64,000 nt of DNA from Nymphaea colorata (taxonomy: Eukaryota): the NCBI RefSeq assembly GCF_008831285.2, contig NC_045138.2, positions 20,956,001 to 21,020,000 on the forward strand, in the 5' to 3' direction. This document shows, in pieces, positions 63,962 through 64,000 of the stretch (positions are counted from its first letter, which is position 1; every line of letters starts with the position of its first letter). The notes under the pieces are model-generated. The model saw only the letters and a list, made by a program, of their open reading frames with translations, was not told the DNA's origin and made no database searches. The translations under genes and the position numbers were made by a program.

Positions 63962-64000
63962 CTGCAGATGGTTAGACTTAGATCTGATTTTTATGGCACT

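Noticed and set aside
1..64000. Conserved plant miRNAs (miR156/159/160/164/166/167/169/171/172/390/393/396 etc.), rRNA and organellar insertions
   Set aside because: No matches noticed by eye. This is not exhaustive; an Rfam/miRBase/organelle BLAST search is needed.

Overview
Angiosperm nuclear genomic DNA: AT-rich, with intron-containing genes and many transposable-element (TE) remnants. No prokaryotic features, rRNA, tRNA or CRISPR arrays were found. Four host genes are supported. (1) A 10-exon O-fucosyltransferase-family (GT106, ESMERALDA1/OFUT9-like) gene, + 1173..14483, 575 aa. (2) A single-exon, plant-type small transmembrane protein, - 22930..23397. (3) A 9-exon NIPA-family Mg2+ transporter gene, + 40980..58643, 356 aa. 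Its reading frame needs two GC-AG introns, and its last intron is 13 kb. (4) The last two exons of an EDRF1-like gene, - 61755..63961, which runs off the window. The 13-kb NIPA intron holds a nest of Ty1/Copia elements. A younger, internally deleted element (52231..56560, perfect AGAAC target-site duplication, TSD) interrupts the RNase H of an older full-length relative (47183..56958). That element sits in an unrelated LTR-like sequence and is flanked by two older Copia remnants. The younger element carries templated direct and inverted filler insertions typical of polymerase theta-mediated end joining or template switching. The LTRs of the three related Copia copies share a hairpin around a TATA-like loop. 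Intergenic DNA contains MITEs, LINE and SINE-like fragments, short tandem duplications and two unexplained exon-like clusters. I see no strong evidence of a wholly new biological system; the most notable signals are TE architecture and splicing. Family assignments come from remembered motifs, not database searches.
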